DNA of 63,980 nt, filler included, from Octopus bimaculoides (GCF_001194135.2; 11 parts of 10 records of this genome joined end to end with filler, not necessarily neighbours in it); one strand, 5' to 3'. Shown: positions 25,048-37,657, counted from the first letter of the whole stretch. The notes: generated by a model from the letters alone, not told the origin. A program made the numbers and translations.

Positions 25048-25317
25048 TATGTGNNNNNNNNNNNNNNNNNNNNNNNNNNNNNNNNNNNNNNNNNNNNNNN
25101 NNNNNNNNNNNNNNNNNNNNNNNNNNNNNNNNNNNNNNNNNNNNNNNNNNNNNNNNNNNNNNNNNNNNNNNNNNNNNNNNNNNNNNNNNNNNNNNNNNNN
25201 NNNNNNNNNNNNNNNNNNNNNNNNNNNNNNCGCACCGATAACCAGCTGGCGGAAGATCTGCCTGGTAGTAACATGAAACTAGTAATAACATGAAATAGCC
25301 ACTTAGATGTGGCGATT
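24663..25317 (+). mobile_element. Retrozyme-like / pLTR-like direct repeat (~338-bp period, one full plus one partial unit)
   Basis: GCTCCCCCTGCTAGC occurs at 24663 and 25001. The block CGCA.CGATAACCAGCTGGCGGAAGATCTG...GTGGCGATT occurs at 24707-24788 and 25231-25317. The unit contains a hammerhead motif. Confidence 0.7.
24902..24987 (+). ncRNA. Type I hammerhead ribozyme
   Basis: Stem I TCGCGA(24920-25)/TCGCGA(24963-68). Core CTGAAGA 24926-32 plus extra U. Stem II GAG/CTC with loop CCAACCAA. GAAA 24948-51. Stem III ACTG/CAGT with loop AGT. Cleavage triplet GUC, cut after 24962. Stem I extends via CAGATA/TATCTG and TCTCTGG/CTAGAGG. Confidence 0.85.
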
Positions 25318-25319
25318 AA

Positions 25320-25710
25320 CTTTGATTTTTATCATTTCATTGTATGTAAGTCCCCACATTTTATGCCTGTCATTGTATTTAAGCCACCTTGGTAGTTGGG
25401 TACTGATACTTCCAAGTGCACCGGCCACTATTGGTATTACGTCCATTTTCTCCATTGCCCCAAACCTGCGTATTTCCCACTCCAATTCATCATAGTTGTT
25501 CACTTTTTCTTCTTGCTCTTCAAATCTGCTGTTACCAGGACAATGCTATGTCAATTATAAGGCATGTTTTTTGATTTTCTGCTCACTACGTCAGGTTACT
25601 AATGTCTAATCTGATGGTCACATTGAATCATTGCATCCCACAGAATTTTGCAATCCTCATTCTCAGTAACTCCTTCTGGGATTTGGTCATATCACATCTT
25701 TCATATTTCT
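25320..25710 (-). mobile_element. R4/Dong-type LINE restriction-like endonuclease (RLE) domain remnant
   Basis: PEGVTENEDCKILWDAMIQCDHQI..PDVV..CLIIDIA..EEKVNNYDELEWEIRRF..VIPIVAGALG, a PD-(D/E)xK RLE signature. Confidence 0.85.
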
Positions 25711-25714
25711 AGGG

Positions 25715-25747
<33 letters not shown>

Positions 25748-26118
25748 CATCCTCAATGACTTCTCCAACATTACATAGAGCATCCTTGGCAGGGTCCTGC
25801 TTTATTCACAAGTGTTCATAATTACCAACTCTGCCTCTGTGAGCTTATTTCCTTTCCACGAACTATCATACTGTGTACGATAGTACACCTAAAATTACAC
25901 CACGCAGCTATGCTTAATGCACAAAGTGATATGTAACATACCAGATCGGTTGCCGCAACGTATCGTACATCAGGAACTAATGTAGCTGACTTCCTAAATT
26001 GTCCATACTGCTGACGCCAAGAGCATGTCTCCTCTACAACGTGAAGCATATACAGAGCCAACTGGTGCCGTTGCTTTGTCAAAGAATCCACGAGTTGAAC
26101 TGACCAATGAACGCCAAA

Positions 26119-26119
<1 letters not shown>

Positions 26120-26189
<70 letters not shown>

Positions 26190-26206
26190 CCTACCTACCT
26201 ACCTAC

Positions 26207-26284
<78 letters not shown>
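26120..26284. repeat. (ATCT)n/(ACCT)n tetranucleotide microsatellite
   Basis: Directly visible; runs into a gap. Confidence 0.95.
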
Positions 26285-27162
26285 NNNNNNNNNNNNNNNN
26301 NNNNNNNNNNNNNNNNNNNNNNNNNNNNNNNNNNNNNNNNNNNNNNNNNNNNNNNNNNNNNNNNNNNNNNNNNNNNNNNNNNNNNNNNNNNNNNNNNNNN
26401 NNNNNNNNNNNNNNNNNNNNNNNNNNNNNNNNNNNNNNNNNNNNNNNNNNNNNNNNNNNNNNNNNNNNNNNNNNNNNNNNNNNNNNNNNNNNNNNNNNNN
26501 NNNNNNNNNNNNNNNNNNNNNNNNNNNNNNNNNNNNNNNNNNNNNNNNNNNNNNNNNNNNNNNNNNNNNNNNNNNNNNNNNNNNNNNNNNNNNNNNNNNN
26601 NNNNNNNNNNNNNNNNNNNNNNNNNNNNNNNNNNNNNNNNNNNNNNNNNNNNNNNNNNNNNNNNNNNNNNNNNNNNNNNNNNNNNNNNNNNNNNNNNNNN
26701 NNNNNNNNNNNNNNNNNNNNNNNNNNNNNNNNNNNNNNNNNNNNNNNNNNNNNNNNNNNNNNNNNNNNNNNNNNNNNNNNNNNNNNNNNNNNNNNNNNNN
26801 NNNNNNNNNNNNNNNNNNNNNNNNNNNNNNNNNNNNNNNNNNNNNNNNNNNNNNNNNNNNNNNNNNNNNNNNNNNNNNNNNNNNNNNNNNNNNNNNNNNN
26901 NNNNNNNNNNNNNNNNNNNNNNNNNNNNNNNNNNNNNNNNNNNNNNNNNNNNNNNNNNNNNNNNNNNNNNNNNNNNNNNNNNNNNNNNNNNNNNNNNNNN
27001 NNNNNNNNNNNNNNNNNNNNNNNNNNNNNNNNNNNNNNNNNNNNNNNNNNNNNNNNNNNNNNNNNNNNNNNNNNNNNNNNNNNNNNNNNNNNNNNNNNNN
27101 NNNNNNNNNNNNNNNNNNNNNNNNNNNNNNNNNNNNNNNNNNNNNNNNNNNNNNNNNNNNNN

Positions 27163-27737
27163 ATATACAAAATTTTGAACACAAAAACAAGAAAACCAGA
27201 GCAACCAGCAACAGAAATTATTGAACAATGTTTGTATCCCATATTGGCCCACAAGAAATACATAAACTGGGCAAACAGTTTCGCCAGCGTGCAAATTAGA
27301 TTTGACAGCGAAGAGAAAGCGAAAGAGTTGTCCACGCTGACTCTTCGTTCCGAACATATAATATTGGTACCCACGTACCTTGGACAAAGGGTAACCAGAG
27401 TATCGATAAAAAATGTCCCTCCAGAAGTGGAACCACAATGGCTGTTATCAGCTATTTGTTATAACATGGAAGGAAATATAAACATTCTAGAAACTACTGC
27501 ATTAAAACAGGAAGACTGGAATGGAAAAAATTCGATGTCCTGTTACAGATTACACAGGAAGAATCAAAAGAAATTCCAACTCAAATTGAGCTGCCAGACG
27601 GCCACACCCTCTACGTTGTGGTAGAAGGTAGAAGGCCTCAATGCTACCTGTGTGGCATCGAAGGGCACCTCAAAAAAGATTGCCCAACAGCAACAGATAA
27701 CAAAAAAACAACAAGAAGGAAAAACAGCCAAAAAAGG
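27163..27737 (+). mobile_element. LINE ORF1 (gag-like) fragment with CCHC zinc knuckle, one frameshift
   Basis: Open frame ...SVQIRFDSEEKAKEL...RVTRVSIKNVPPEV..., then in a shifted frame ELPDGHTLYVVVEGRRPQ-CYLCGIEGHLKKDC (27642-27683, CX2CX4HX4C). Confidence 0.8.
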
Positions 27738-29487
27738 NNNNNNNNNNNNNNNNNNNNNNNNNNNNNNNNNNNNNNNNNNNNTTAATTAATTAANNNNNNN
27801 NNNNNNNNNNNNNNNNNNNNNNNNNNNNNNNNNNNNNCAGCGAGACTGTTGTCCCTCTTGGCATGTTTTGGGAGGGGATCAATACGATTTGCCATATATA
27901 CACTAGTTGAGTGAATGGTGTCTTCAACCGACTATTAAGTTCTTGTCTTACGCAAAACTTTATTCTTCACCATAAACAGCAGTGGAAATAAATTCTAGGT
28001 GAAAATATCTGGCATACGTGTTTGAAATGATATGCCGTAATATTATTCCCCATCACTGCTTGAAATACTTTCTCACTTAATAGCTCCGGCTGGGCGGATA
28101 ACGTGCGCAATGTGTGAGTAATTGTTTACGTATCTCCAAAAGTAGGCGTCGCCCACGAGCAGCTCTGGCATGTCTCCCTTGTATCTGTTTCGGAAAAGAT
28201 TAATGGGTGTGCCAAACATCCCGTTGTCCAGTGGGGGACCTCTGCAGTTGATTATTATTCTTCTACCAGAGCTGTCTTTGTTGCATTATAGGCACCATTA
28301 AAATAAGTTAATTTCTTACGTATATACATCTCATTTTCGAGAGCAAAGTGCAGTGGACAGTGACGACTTTAGTGCGTTTGTCTCTTCCTGCAGACGGTTA
28401 GTTGCCGAAAATGCCAATCTTTCTAGACGGCGCTGGTTCTACCACGAGTTTGTCATAGCCAGATTTCTTTTCTTTCACAATAAAACGCAATAATCAAACG
28501 CCATATCGGGTAAAATGGCTTTTAAATATATTTCTAGAGATTTCTTCACTATGTTTTTTACAGTTATTTAGAAGGACATTCAAATTTTCTGAATTGTTAA
28601 CGTTCTATTTTCTTTTGAAGAAGCCGTGAGATTTAGCCCGATGAATTTAACTATATGCTACATTAACGAATGCGTTTCTACATCAAGGAATATATATTGT
28701 CTTCAGAGCGAGAGAGGTGATCTAAACAATGTGTGTATAGATGTGACAGGTTGTGATAGGTAGAAATGCGAAATAGGAAGTAAAACCCAGCTGAAGTATA
28801 TTTAAATTCCGTTGACAATACTTTGAAGTTGTAGCAAAGATTTCTCGGCTAACACAAATCGGGTTAGAGAAGAATGGAGATTTAAAGATAGTCAACACAT
28901 GTTTGAAAGGAAAATACAATTTTCTCATTTTCCGTAAATACCTTGCGCATCAATTCATATGTTTGTTCCGGCCAGCCGATTAACGCGAGCTACCAGTAAA
29001 ATTGTTTTTACTGATTACCGATGAAGATAGCTATGCGTCCGAGTCAGCGAGACTGTTGTCCCTCTTGGCATGTTTTAGAAATGCAAAATATGAAGTAAAA
29101 TATTTATGAAGTAAAATATTTATGAAGTAAAATATTTATGAAATAAAAGTTTACTGACCTTGAGGACTGGAAGCTATCTGAGTATTGGAGACGACTTACC
29201 TGTCTCAATGACTCCCGGCGGCCATCAAATTGTCGACCTAGTTATGTACAATAAATATGTTGTTGTTGTTTGCAATAATGTTACACAAATGAATATAGAC
29301 GACTGTTTCGATTCCGAGAAACTATCTTACACAAGCGGAGTCTCGAGTTACAACTCTTTCTAACCATTACAGAAGAGATAACTGTGCTGCCTTATGCGAT
29401 GTAGGCTGAGCGTTTCGAACTAGTCGGTGCTGCAGTTATGCGATTCTTTGGAGACCATACACATATGAGAAGAACACAATGTTTACA

Positions 29488-29569
<82 letters not shown>

Positions 29570-29849
29570 TTTATTTATGTATCATCTAGGCGTACCCCTA
29601 CGCAAAATGTATAAAACAAACGAAAGAAAAAACAATGCAAAAAAAAACCTAGCTAACCTACTTTGTATCTAAAACTGTATTCGGATTAAATTTAACGATG
29701 TTTATGTCTCCTGTTTTCAGGAACATCGTGGTGCATTGGTGAATAGTCAACCGCATTGGAGAGCATGAAGATTAAAGTTTTAGTTGGGAAAAAATGAGCT
29801 GACATGGGCTACTGAAAGCCATCTGAATATTGGAAAAGAGCTACCTGTA

Positions 29850-30490
29850 TAATAAGTTACCTGTATGGTATCAAAGCATCGATACCATAGCTGCTGCTCA
29901 ATGCTCTATGAACACTGAAAAAGCTGTAAGATATGTGACATGGGACAGCTGCAACGGTAACTACGAAGCTGTGGTCAACAGGAAGGGTCACAACCGGCAT
30001 TCTAACTGCATTCGCCTGCTCGAGTTCGTGCCCACATCTTTGGCGAGGGCCTTAGGCTCAATTCAGACGGCTCTGTGGAGCTGCTGGAGACTGTGGTCAA
30101 TCCCTGGCTGGAGAGGATTGCTGCTGGAAGACCATATTTGTGGCAGCAGGATTCGGCTCCTTACTGGGTTATTTATCGGGAGCCTCATGGGCCTAGGGGC
30201 CCAATTCTAATCCACGGACGCTCTTGTTTGTAGTCAGTAAATAAAGACCATATTTGTAGCAGCATATGGAAGACCATATTTGTGGCAGCAGGATTTGGCT
30301 CCAGAAAAAATCAAAGTGTTTGTCGGAGAATTTCTACCAGCCCCAATTTCTGGCCTCGGATTGTAATCCCATGGATTACTATGAGAAGCTCGCATTTGAG
30401 AAAGATACCAACCGTACTTCCTACAACGCCAAAGCTGAGCTGGTGACTAAGATCAAGGAAGTGTTGGAAGATCTTCATAAGGACACATGA
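29850..30490 (+). mobile_element. Tc1/mariner (DD37D/maT-like) transposase catalytic-domain remnant, interrupted at about 30164-30265
   Basis: LRLNSDGSVELLETVVNPWLERIAAGRPYLWQQDSAP, then SDCNPMDYY..EKDTNRTSYNAKAELVTKIKEVLEDL. Confidence 0.85.
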
Positions 30491-30499
30491 GTGCTACGA

Positions 30500-30835
30500 A
30501 TGGCCCTAAATGTGAAATGACAGCAACATATGACAAATGAATGCCTTTATGGTGACCTGCCGAAAGTTAGCGAGAAGATCAGGCAAGGATGGCTGCGAAT
30601 ATCTGGTCTCTGCGTGCGCCACTCTGCACTGGAAGCCATCCGAATTAGTATTGCGATCCCACTTCACGGTGATGTAAGGGGAAAGCATTATCACACTTAC
30701 ACTGAGAAATCGATTGCAGACTCTGGACGGGACTGAATCCAGGATCTAGAAGCAATGATGATGGACGGAGAAATGTGGCGGGTGGACTTTGTTGCTACGT
30801 CCCGGGCTGGAACCCCTCTTCAGTAATAGTAGGGA
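30500..30835 (+). mobile_element. RTE-like LINE 3' end remnant
   Basis: NECLYGDLPKVSEKIRQGWLRISGLCVRH...PLHG..RGK..TY...MMDGEMWR matches the RTE C-terminal pattern, followed by an AGTAATAGTAG tail. Confidence 0.7.
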
Positions 30836-31023
30836 CACTGTGTAAGCAATAAAGACTCTATGGCCCAGTGCACAGATTTGCTTACAGCCTATAATGCCGT
30901 TAAGACAACCCTAGTTACAATACACCATAGTCAGATTAAGGCGCCCTATATAGGACTGGTGGATACATTGTAAACCCGTTAGTTCCCATCGAAACAAGTT
31001 ACAAGGAGAGAGACATGAGGATG

Positions 31024-31108
31024 CTGGGTCATTAATCGGGAGCCTCATGGGCCTAGGGGCCCAATTCTAATCCAAAGACGTTGTTGATTGTAGTCAGTAA
31101 ATAAAGAC
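31024..31108 (+). repeat. 85-bp segment duplicated at 30164-30248 (LTR-like, contains AATAAA)
   Basis: Colinear at an offset of 860 bp; 7 mismatches by eye. Confidence 0.85.
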
Positions 31109-32140
31109 TATGCACCAGGATTCGGAGCCGTCTTGAAGTAGGGATGGAAGGTAAAGCCGGCTACTCTGAGTAATCAGTAATCTCCCCGCCATAATCTCTG
31201 TATTCTCATCTCCTGTTATGCAAACCGTCAAATTTAAGCCGAACACCCTGCATGTTTCCCTACGTTAGTCTAAGGGAACGTCCACCGTGTGAGTGTAGAT
31301 AGTTTTCGAAACCGATACGGGCTGCCTCAAGAATGTGTGTGCGTGTGGGTGTATGTGTGTGGGTGCGTGTGTGGGTTTATGTGTGTGGTTGTGTGTTTTT
31401 GTTTTTAAGTAGACTCAAGTGCTTACTTATCTTAGAAGTCGGTCAAAATTCGCAATGCTATACGGATTATAGATATGGCTCTCTATAAACCCGATGTTGG
31501 TGTCTGCCAGAGCATAGAAGAAATGAAAAGAGAAGGAAAATCATGCCCTTATTTAGAAGAAAAATAGCAAATTATGACGTCATAATAAAAGTGTATCAAA
31601 ATTTTCAGTCGAATTTATGCAAAGAAATGAAAATTATCAATATTTTTTTATCTCTCTTTAATTTGCTGACGTGGAAAATCAGTATTGAAATGACGTCATG
31701 ATAAAATATGTTTTTCAAATTTTACAAAATGTCTTCCTTCAAGAAAATATTGTAATTTAAAAACAAAGATCTTTTGTTATTTACTGTGAAAACATTTATT
31801 TATATATAAATCCTTTATCTATATAAAAAACACTTATTTATATCCAAATCAAAACTACTACTACTACTACTGATGCTTTTATTTACACCTATGGTCTCTG
31901 ATTTAAGTACAAGGGTTGAAATTTTGAGGGGTGGAGTTTAGTTGATTACATTCGGCCCCAGTATTTGACTGGTACGTTATTTTATAGAAACCCCCCACGG
32001 GAACTCTTGTTTTACTTCATATACATGACCGCAGTCAAATTTCTGAAACAACTATTGAAACATGCGCGCGCGCGCCCAGACACACACATACACACACACA
32101 TACATACACACACACGCACAGACACACACACACAAATAAA

Positions 32141-32497
32141 AGATGAGCTGGCAGAATCGTTAGCACGCTGGGCAAAAATGCTTAGTGGCATATCACCCGA
32201 CTCTACGTTCTAAGTGTTCAAATTCCACCGAGGTCGATAGAATAAGTACCAATGGAAGACTGGGGTCGATGTAAGCAACTGACTCTTCCCTGAAACTGCT
32301 GGACCTGTGCCAAAATTTGAAGCGAATATACATTTATAATGCGAGCCGGCAGAAACATTAGCACACTGGGATAACAATGAAACGACATTTCGTCCATCTT
32401 TATGTTGAGTTCAAATTCCGCCGACGTCAACCTTGCTTTTTATCATTTCGGCATCGATAAAATAAGTAGGAATTGATTACTGGTATCAATATAATCG
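32141..32497 (+). mobile_element. Two adjacent family A SINE copies (32141-32335, 32341-32497); an inverted tail fragment lies at about 31898-31990
   Basis: GAGCTGGCAGAATCGTTAGCAC...GTTCAAATTCC...GGTCGAT, repeated twice. Confidence 0.8.
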
Positions 32498-32920
32498 NNN
32501 NNNNNNNNNNNNNNNNNNNNNNNNNNNNNNNNNNNNNNNNNTTAATTAATTAANNNNNNNNNNNNNNNNNNNNNNNNNNNNNNNNNNNNNNNNNNNNGGC
32601 AGAACTGTGTAGCAACAGATCGCCAGCAATTGCTTCATCAGAAATTGCCGTCCTACCTCCTGTGAAAAGGAATTACCCTGCTATGTATAATCAAGGCAGC
32701 GCAAAAAGTTGTTTAGCACAAGCATTTGTATAGCCCATTAGACGGATGAAATTTACGTACACTTAATAATGTTACACAAAACAGCCTTCACACTTTCCCT
32801 ATTAATTTTGTCTTTTGAATTATGAACATATTTACATCATAAGGGTTTTTTCATTGTAAGGCTTTCTGTTTTAGTTGATTTTCACCTAGCAAGACTTATC
32901 GTAGATGGCGTAATAAGTCA

Positions 32921-32951
32921 CACCTGGACAACGTCGGGTTATACTGCTAGT
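32921..32951 (+). mobile_element. Probable non-autonomous Helitron 3' terminus
   Basis: CCTGGACAACGTCGGG (degenerate hairpin) followed by ...CTAG|T, the usual Helitron 3' signature. No 5' end identified. Confidence 0.4.
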
Positions 32952-33326
32952 ATACAATAAAATACAATATATCTATAGTGTTTTATTGAAGATGAATAAC
33001 TTTACAAACTTTTTACTCAGAGTAACAATTTGCGAAGTTTCTCATTTTCAATAAAATACTATAATTTAATCTACCTTTGGTATTAGGGTGCTATTTTCTC
33101 CACCTTGTGTCACACCAATGTGCTCGCATGTATATGGTGTATACGTATGTATGTATATATACATGCATAAATATGTGTGTGTGTATATATACATACATAC
33201 ATACATACATACACATATATAGTAGAAATCACGATAAGCACACTCTGGATGTCATAGCTAGTAACACATACTGGAAACAGACTGGATAATGATAATCTAT
33301 GTGGAGCATTAAACTCAACACATACA

Positions 33327-33378
<52 letters not shown>

Positions 33379-34082
33379 TTTCATTAGATGTATGACTATA
33401 CTAAAGTTTTATTATTTTCTTTTATATTTCTTATATTTTGTAATTCACTTTTTACAGTTAGTTTGGAACAGCAGAATTCCTAAATCCATATCTAACATTT
33501 CTAGGTCATCAGGGTCTCATTAGCAAGGATTGAACTGAAATGAATATATTTGACATTTTAGTTGTTTCTTTCTTACTGATTGAATTGGTGTTGACTTTCC
33601 ACCAAAAGGTTTTTGACTGTTAGCATCACGCATTAGCAGCCATGTGTTGATATGTTTATTATGAACAAAATTTGACTGTGTTATGTTCTTTACTTTTTTT
33701 ATGTCAGTAGCTTCATGTTAATTTTTTGATGTGTATGTTTGAGTGTTAATTTTGGCATTGTATTGCAATATGAGTATGGTTTCCATAATTAATCTTCTAT
33801 TTTGAGTGGAATTTTTATAAAGTATTTTCCTCTAGTATTTTCTTATCTAATTTTGTTTTGTTGTGTGTGGTGTAATGTTGTGCTATAGTTTCTTTTTGCA
33901 AGTGCATAGTGAGCCTACATAAGAGTGTTGTATTGATCTGTCCAATGTTAACAGCTAGTGTCCTTGGTCTTTAAAAATGGCAAAACCAGGTGGCTACGCC
34001 AAGTGGGGTCTGTTTTGATGAGGAATAATAAAAGATATTTTTCAAAAAATTGTCTGAACTTATCATCATCATCATCACTGTC

Positions 34083-34121
<39 letters not shown>

Positions 34122-34289
34122 TGTGTGTGTGTGTGTGTGTGTGTATCTAAAATGAGTGTCAATGGAAAAGAGAAGGAAAGAAAGAAAGAAGAAAAAATAT
34201 GTTTACATCTATACAGCTGGTCAGTTCTTTCAATAGAAGATGACAAGTTGGTTAATAAAAGTTATTTTTCAAAAAAATTGTCTTTTCGA

Positions 34290-34693
34290 ACAATTTGCAT
34301 AGGAGTCTGACAGTCCCTATCTGAAAGTTTTGGTTTTCTTCTGGAGTTTTGTTTTGATGAAGCCTTTCCCTTTTTCTGAAAGGCTGTCATTACTTTTGAG
34401 ACAGTACTTCTTGATACACCAAACATTTTGGCTGTTTTTGTGATGATTGCACCTGCCATATGAGTACCAACAATGTGGCCTCTTTGAATGTCCAATAGAT
34501 CTGTCATTGGAATGAATTTTAATTACCTGTTTCTGATGATATCTGAAAATAAACAGCAATTTTAGCAAAATATATTAAGTAACACTAATAATAAATAAAA
34601 AGACAAAAATAAACAAGGTTTTGATGGCTTTATAGATATCTCAAAATTATGATGCTATGATGCTAGGTGTTTCATTATTTTGTCCAACCCCTG
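34290..34693 (-). mobile_element. Tc1 transposon 5' fragment (TIR plus transposase N-terminus)
   Basis: Terminus CAGGGGTTGGACAAAATAATGAAACACC next to a TA run. ORF 34262-34507 reads MTDLLDIQRGHIVG...FGVSRSTVSKVM...RKPKLSDRD, a Tc1 paired-like HTH. Confidence 0.85.
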
Positions 34694-35564
34694 TTTATAT
34701 ATATNNNNNNNNNNNNNNNNNNNNNNNNNNNNNNNNNNNNNNNNNNNNNNNNNNNNNNNNNNNNNNNNNNNNNNNNNNNNNNNNNNNNNNNNNNNNNNNN
34801 NNNNNNNNNNNNNNNNNNNNNNNNNNNNNNNNNNNNNNNNNNNNTATATAGATAAGATACAAAACCAAGATTTTGGTTTAATAATTCTTTAATTACAAAA
34901 TTTTTAATGATAAATCTATCCGCAACTAACATCCTTTGACTGCTTGTTTCCTTCAAACAAATTTTCAAGTTTTCCTTCCTTCTTGTCCGACTTAAAGGCC
35001 ACATAAAGGTGGCTGTGACTAAATATGGGAGCTGGCAAGTAAATACCAAATACACAGAGTTGAAATGCTGTATGATTTTTCTTTTCATTGTTGAAAGTTC
35101 ACCATCCCACTTCCATTGTACACACACGCACACACACGCACGCACACACACACACACACACACACACATACAAACACACACAAATATTCGCATACCTCCC
35201 TTTTACATACTCACACATAAACTCACACAGAGTTGTAACGCTGTTTGATTTATCTTTTCCACCGTACAGTTTCCATCATTCCACTACGAAGTTTGCCATC
35301 ACTCCTTCCTTCTTCATTGATCTATCACTTCTTCCTTTCTAATTCATATGTTGTGTCGGAGAAAAACACACTAGTATTATTATAGTATATTATCTCGGTA
35401 ACCATGGAGCTATGAATAAAATACAAAGCTCAGGAACTCCACCGGATCATTCTACACATCTGTAATTTTTCATGCAATTCCACCCAGCCGATTGACTGTG
35501 AATCCCAAGACAAGAAAGAATCGCCCATGTCAAATTTAAATGTATAGATATATGTTTGTATATA

Positions 35565-35635
<71 letters not shown>

Positions 35636-35956
35636 ATTCTGAGACCCCCTTCAGTCATGACTGACCATGAGATTGCACCTAGAAAGTTGCCTTCCCAGGC
35701 ACAAGTCCGTGCAAGGTTGTTTATGGAAGACCAGCAATAGCCCACGCATACTGGCCTCCCCTCCAAGGGAAAGGCAAAGGCCGATACAGCTTGGCACCTG
35801 TGACATCGCAACTCATTTCTACAGCTGAGTGAACTGGAGCAACATGAAATAAAGTGTCTTGGTCAAGAACACAACATGCAGCCCTGTCTGGGATTCGAAC
35901 TCACAACCTCACGATCGTAAGCTCGACACTCTAACCACTGAACCATGCGCCTTCAC
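35636..35956 (-). mobile_element. tRNA-derived SINE, family B
   Basis: Minus strand head GTGAAGGCGCA-TGGTTCAGTGG (A box)...AGTTCGAATCC (B box), then a GTGTTCTTGACCAAGACACTTTATTTCATGTTGCTCCAGTTCACTCAGCTG core. Confidence 0.85.
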
Positions 35957-36721
35957 ACACACACAAACACACACACACAGATATCATTAATAATAATCTA
36001 CTTGGTAAAATTATTAATTAATTAATTGATTAATTAATTAATTTTACTCTTTTATTGTTAATTTGAAATTATAATTTACCCTGTGATAGAATACTGCAGT
36101 TTTCTGTGGTACTGCTCGTAACATGCACGTGGATACAAGGGATGAATAGTGTATTCACATTCGGTTGTGTAAATTTTGGAAGTGTTGGTTGGATATCTGT
36201 TGCACAAAGTCGCTCGATGGTGTGCATATTTAAGCGTAGCACTTTCAAATTTTATAATTGGAAATGCTACAATGAAGAGAGAAGTAAGTAATTAAAATAC
36301 TTTGATATGGAAACGCTTCTGTGGGTAATCGGAGTCGTATTGATTCATTGTCTTCCTCTTTGCCTGCATAAAAAAGATTCTTACAGTAGTAGAAAAGGAA
36401 TTTTTAACTCCCATTTCTAAATTTAGTATGTGGTCAAGCTAATTAGTTGACCGCTAATTATAATTATGTTTATAGTTATAGTATTTGTATATATAAATAT
36501 ACATACATACATATAGGTATATATAAATACATATATATGTATATATATATGTGTATATATGTATATATATATATGTGTATATATGTATATATATATGTGT
36601 ATATGTGTATATATGTATATATATATGTGTATATGTGTATATATACATTATATATATATATATTAGGTATATATACATATAAATATGTTATATATTACAT
36701 ATATATTATCATCATCATCAT

Positions 36722-36923
36722 CATCATCGTTTAACGTCCGCTTTCCATGCTAGCATGGGTTGGACGATTTGACTGAGGACTGGTGAACCAGATGGCTACA
36801 CCATTCTCCAATCTGATTTGGCAGAGTTTCTACAGCTGGATGCCCTTCCTAATGCCAACCACTCTGAGAGTGTAGTGGGTGCTTTTACGTGCCACCGGCA
36901 CGACAGCCAGTCAGGCAGTACTG
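36722..36923 (-). mobile_element. Retroposon 3' end with (GAT)n tail, probably RTE-related
   Basis: GC-richer segment containing GGTTGGCATTAGGAAGGGCATCC on the minus strand and ending in a (GAT)n/(ATC)n tail. Clade assignment is from motif recall only. Confidence 0.5.
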
Positions 36924-37573
36924 NNNNNNNNNNNNNNNNNNNNNNNNNNNNNNNNNNNNNNNNNNNNTTAATTAATTAANNNNNNNNNNNNNNNNNNNNN
37001 NNNNNNNNNNNNNNNNNNNNNNNTATATATATATATATCCATCTATCTATACATCTATCTATATCTCTTTTTATATACACATATATACATGAATATATAC
37101 GCATATGTGTTTTTGAGTGCTCTCGCGCGCACATGCATGTACATTCATATATGTATGAATGTACGTATGTATGCCTTATGCCTGTTGATTTCGTGCTGTC
37201 TGTAGGAAAATTGTTATTGAATGAGGACAATAGTTTTCTGTATTGCTAAGCTATTCTGCGTTTGTTATTTTGAAGGGAGGGTTTAGTTATCAATACTTAA
37301 AAGGAATAAATGGTTCTTTGTGTTTCTAAAGGGCTTGTCTGTTAGGAATTTCTCATTTTATACACATAGATAATAATCTGTATCCATCAACATTTATATT
37401 GAAAATACTTTCACACAAAACAATCGCAAAGCCCGCTCTGTTGATGTACAGTTGTTTCTTGGTTTTACATTTTATTGTTGAATACCATGAACCCTTGTAT
37501 GCAGTAAGAGACACCACCGAAAATATAATATCTGTGATGGGTGTTTACACGAACACCTACAGCTCAGGACATA

Positions 37574-37599
37574 TAATAATGATGATGATGATGATGATG

Positions 37600-37657
<58 letters not shown>

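Noticed and set aside
29300-29440. Two GAAAC-containing motifs on the minus strand resembling hammerhead 3' halves
   Set aside because: No recognisable CUGANGA box and no stem I.
30841-30886. TGTAAGCAA...TTGCTTACA as a miniature solo LTR
   Set aside because: Only a 9-bp inverted repeat with no target-site duplication.
35870-35956. tRNA-like sequences (also 62100-62182 and 61305-61350)
   Set aside because: A and B boxes are present, but they continue into SINE bodies and lack a complete cloverleaf. They are SINE heads, not tRNA genes.
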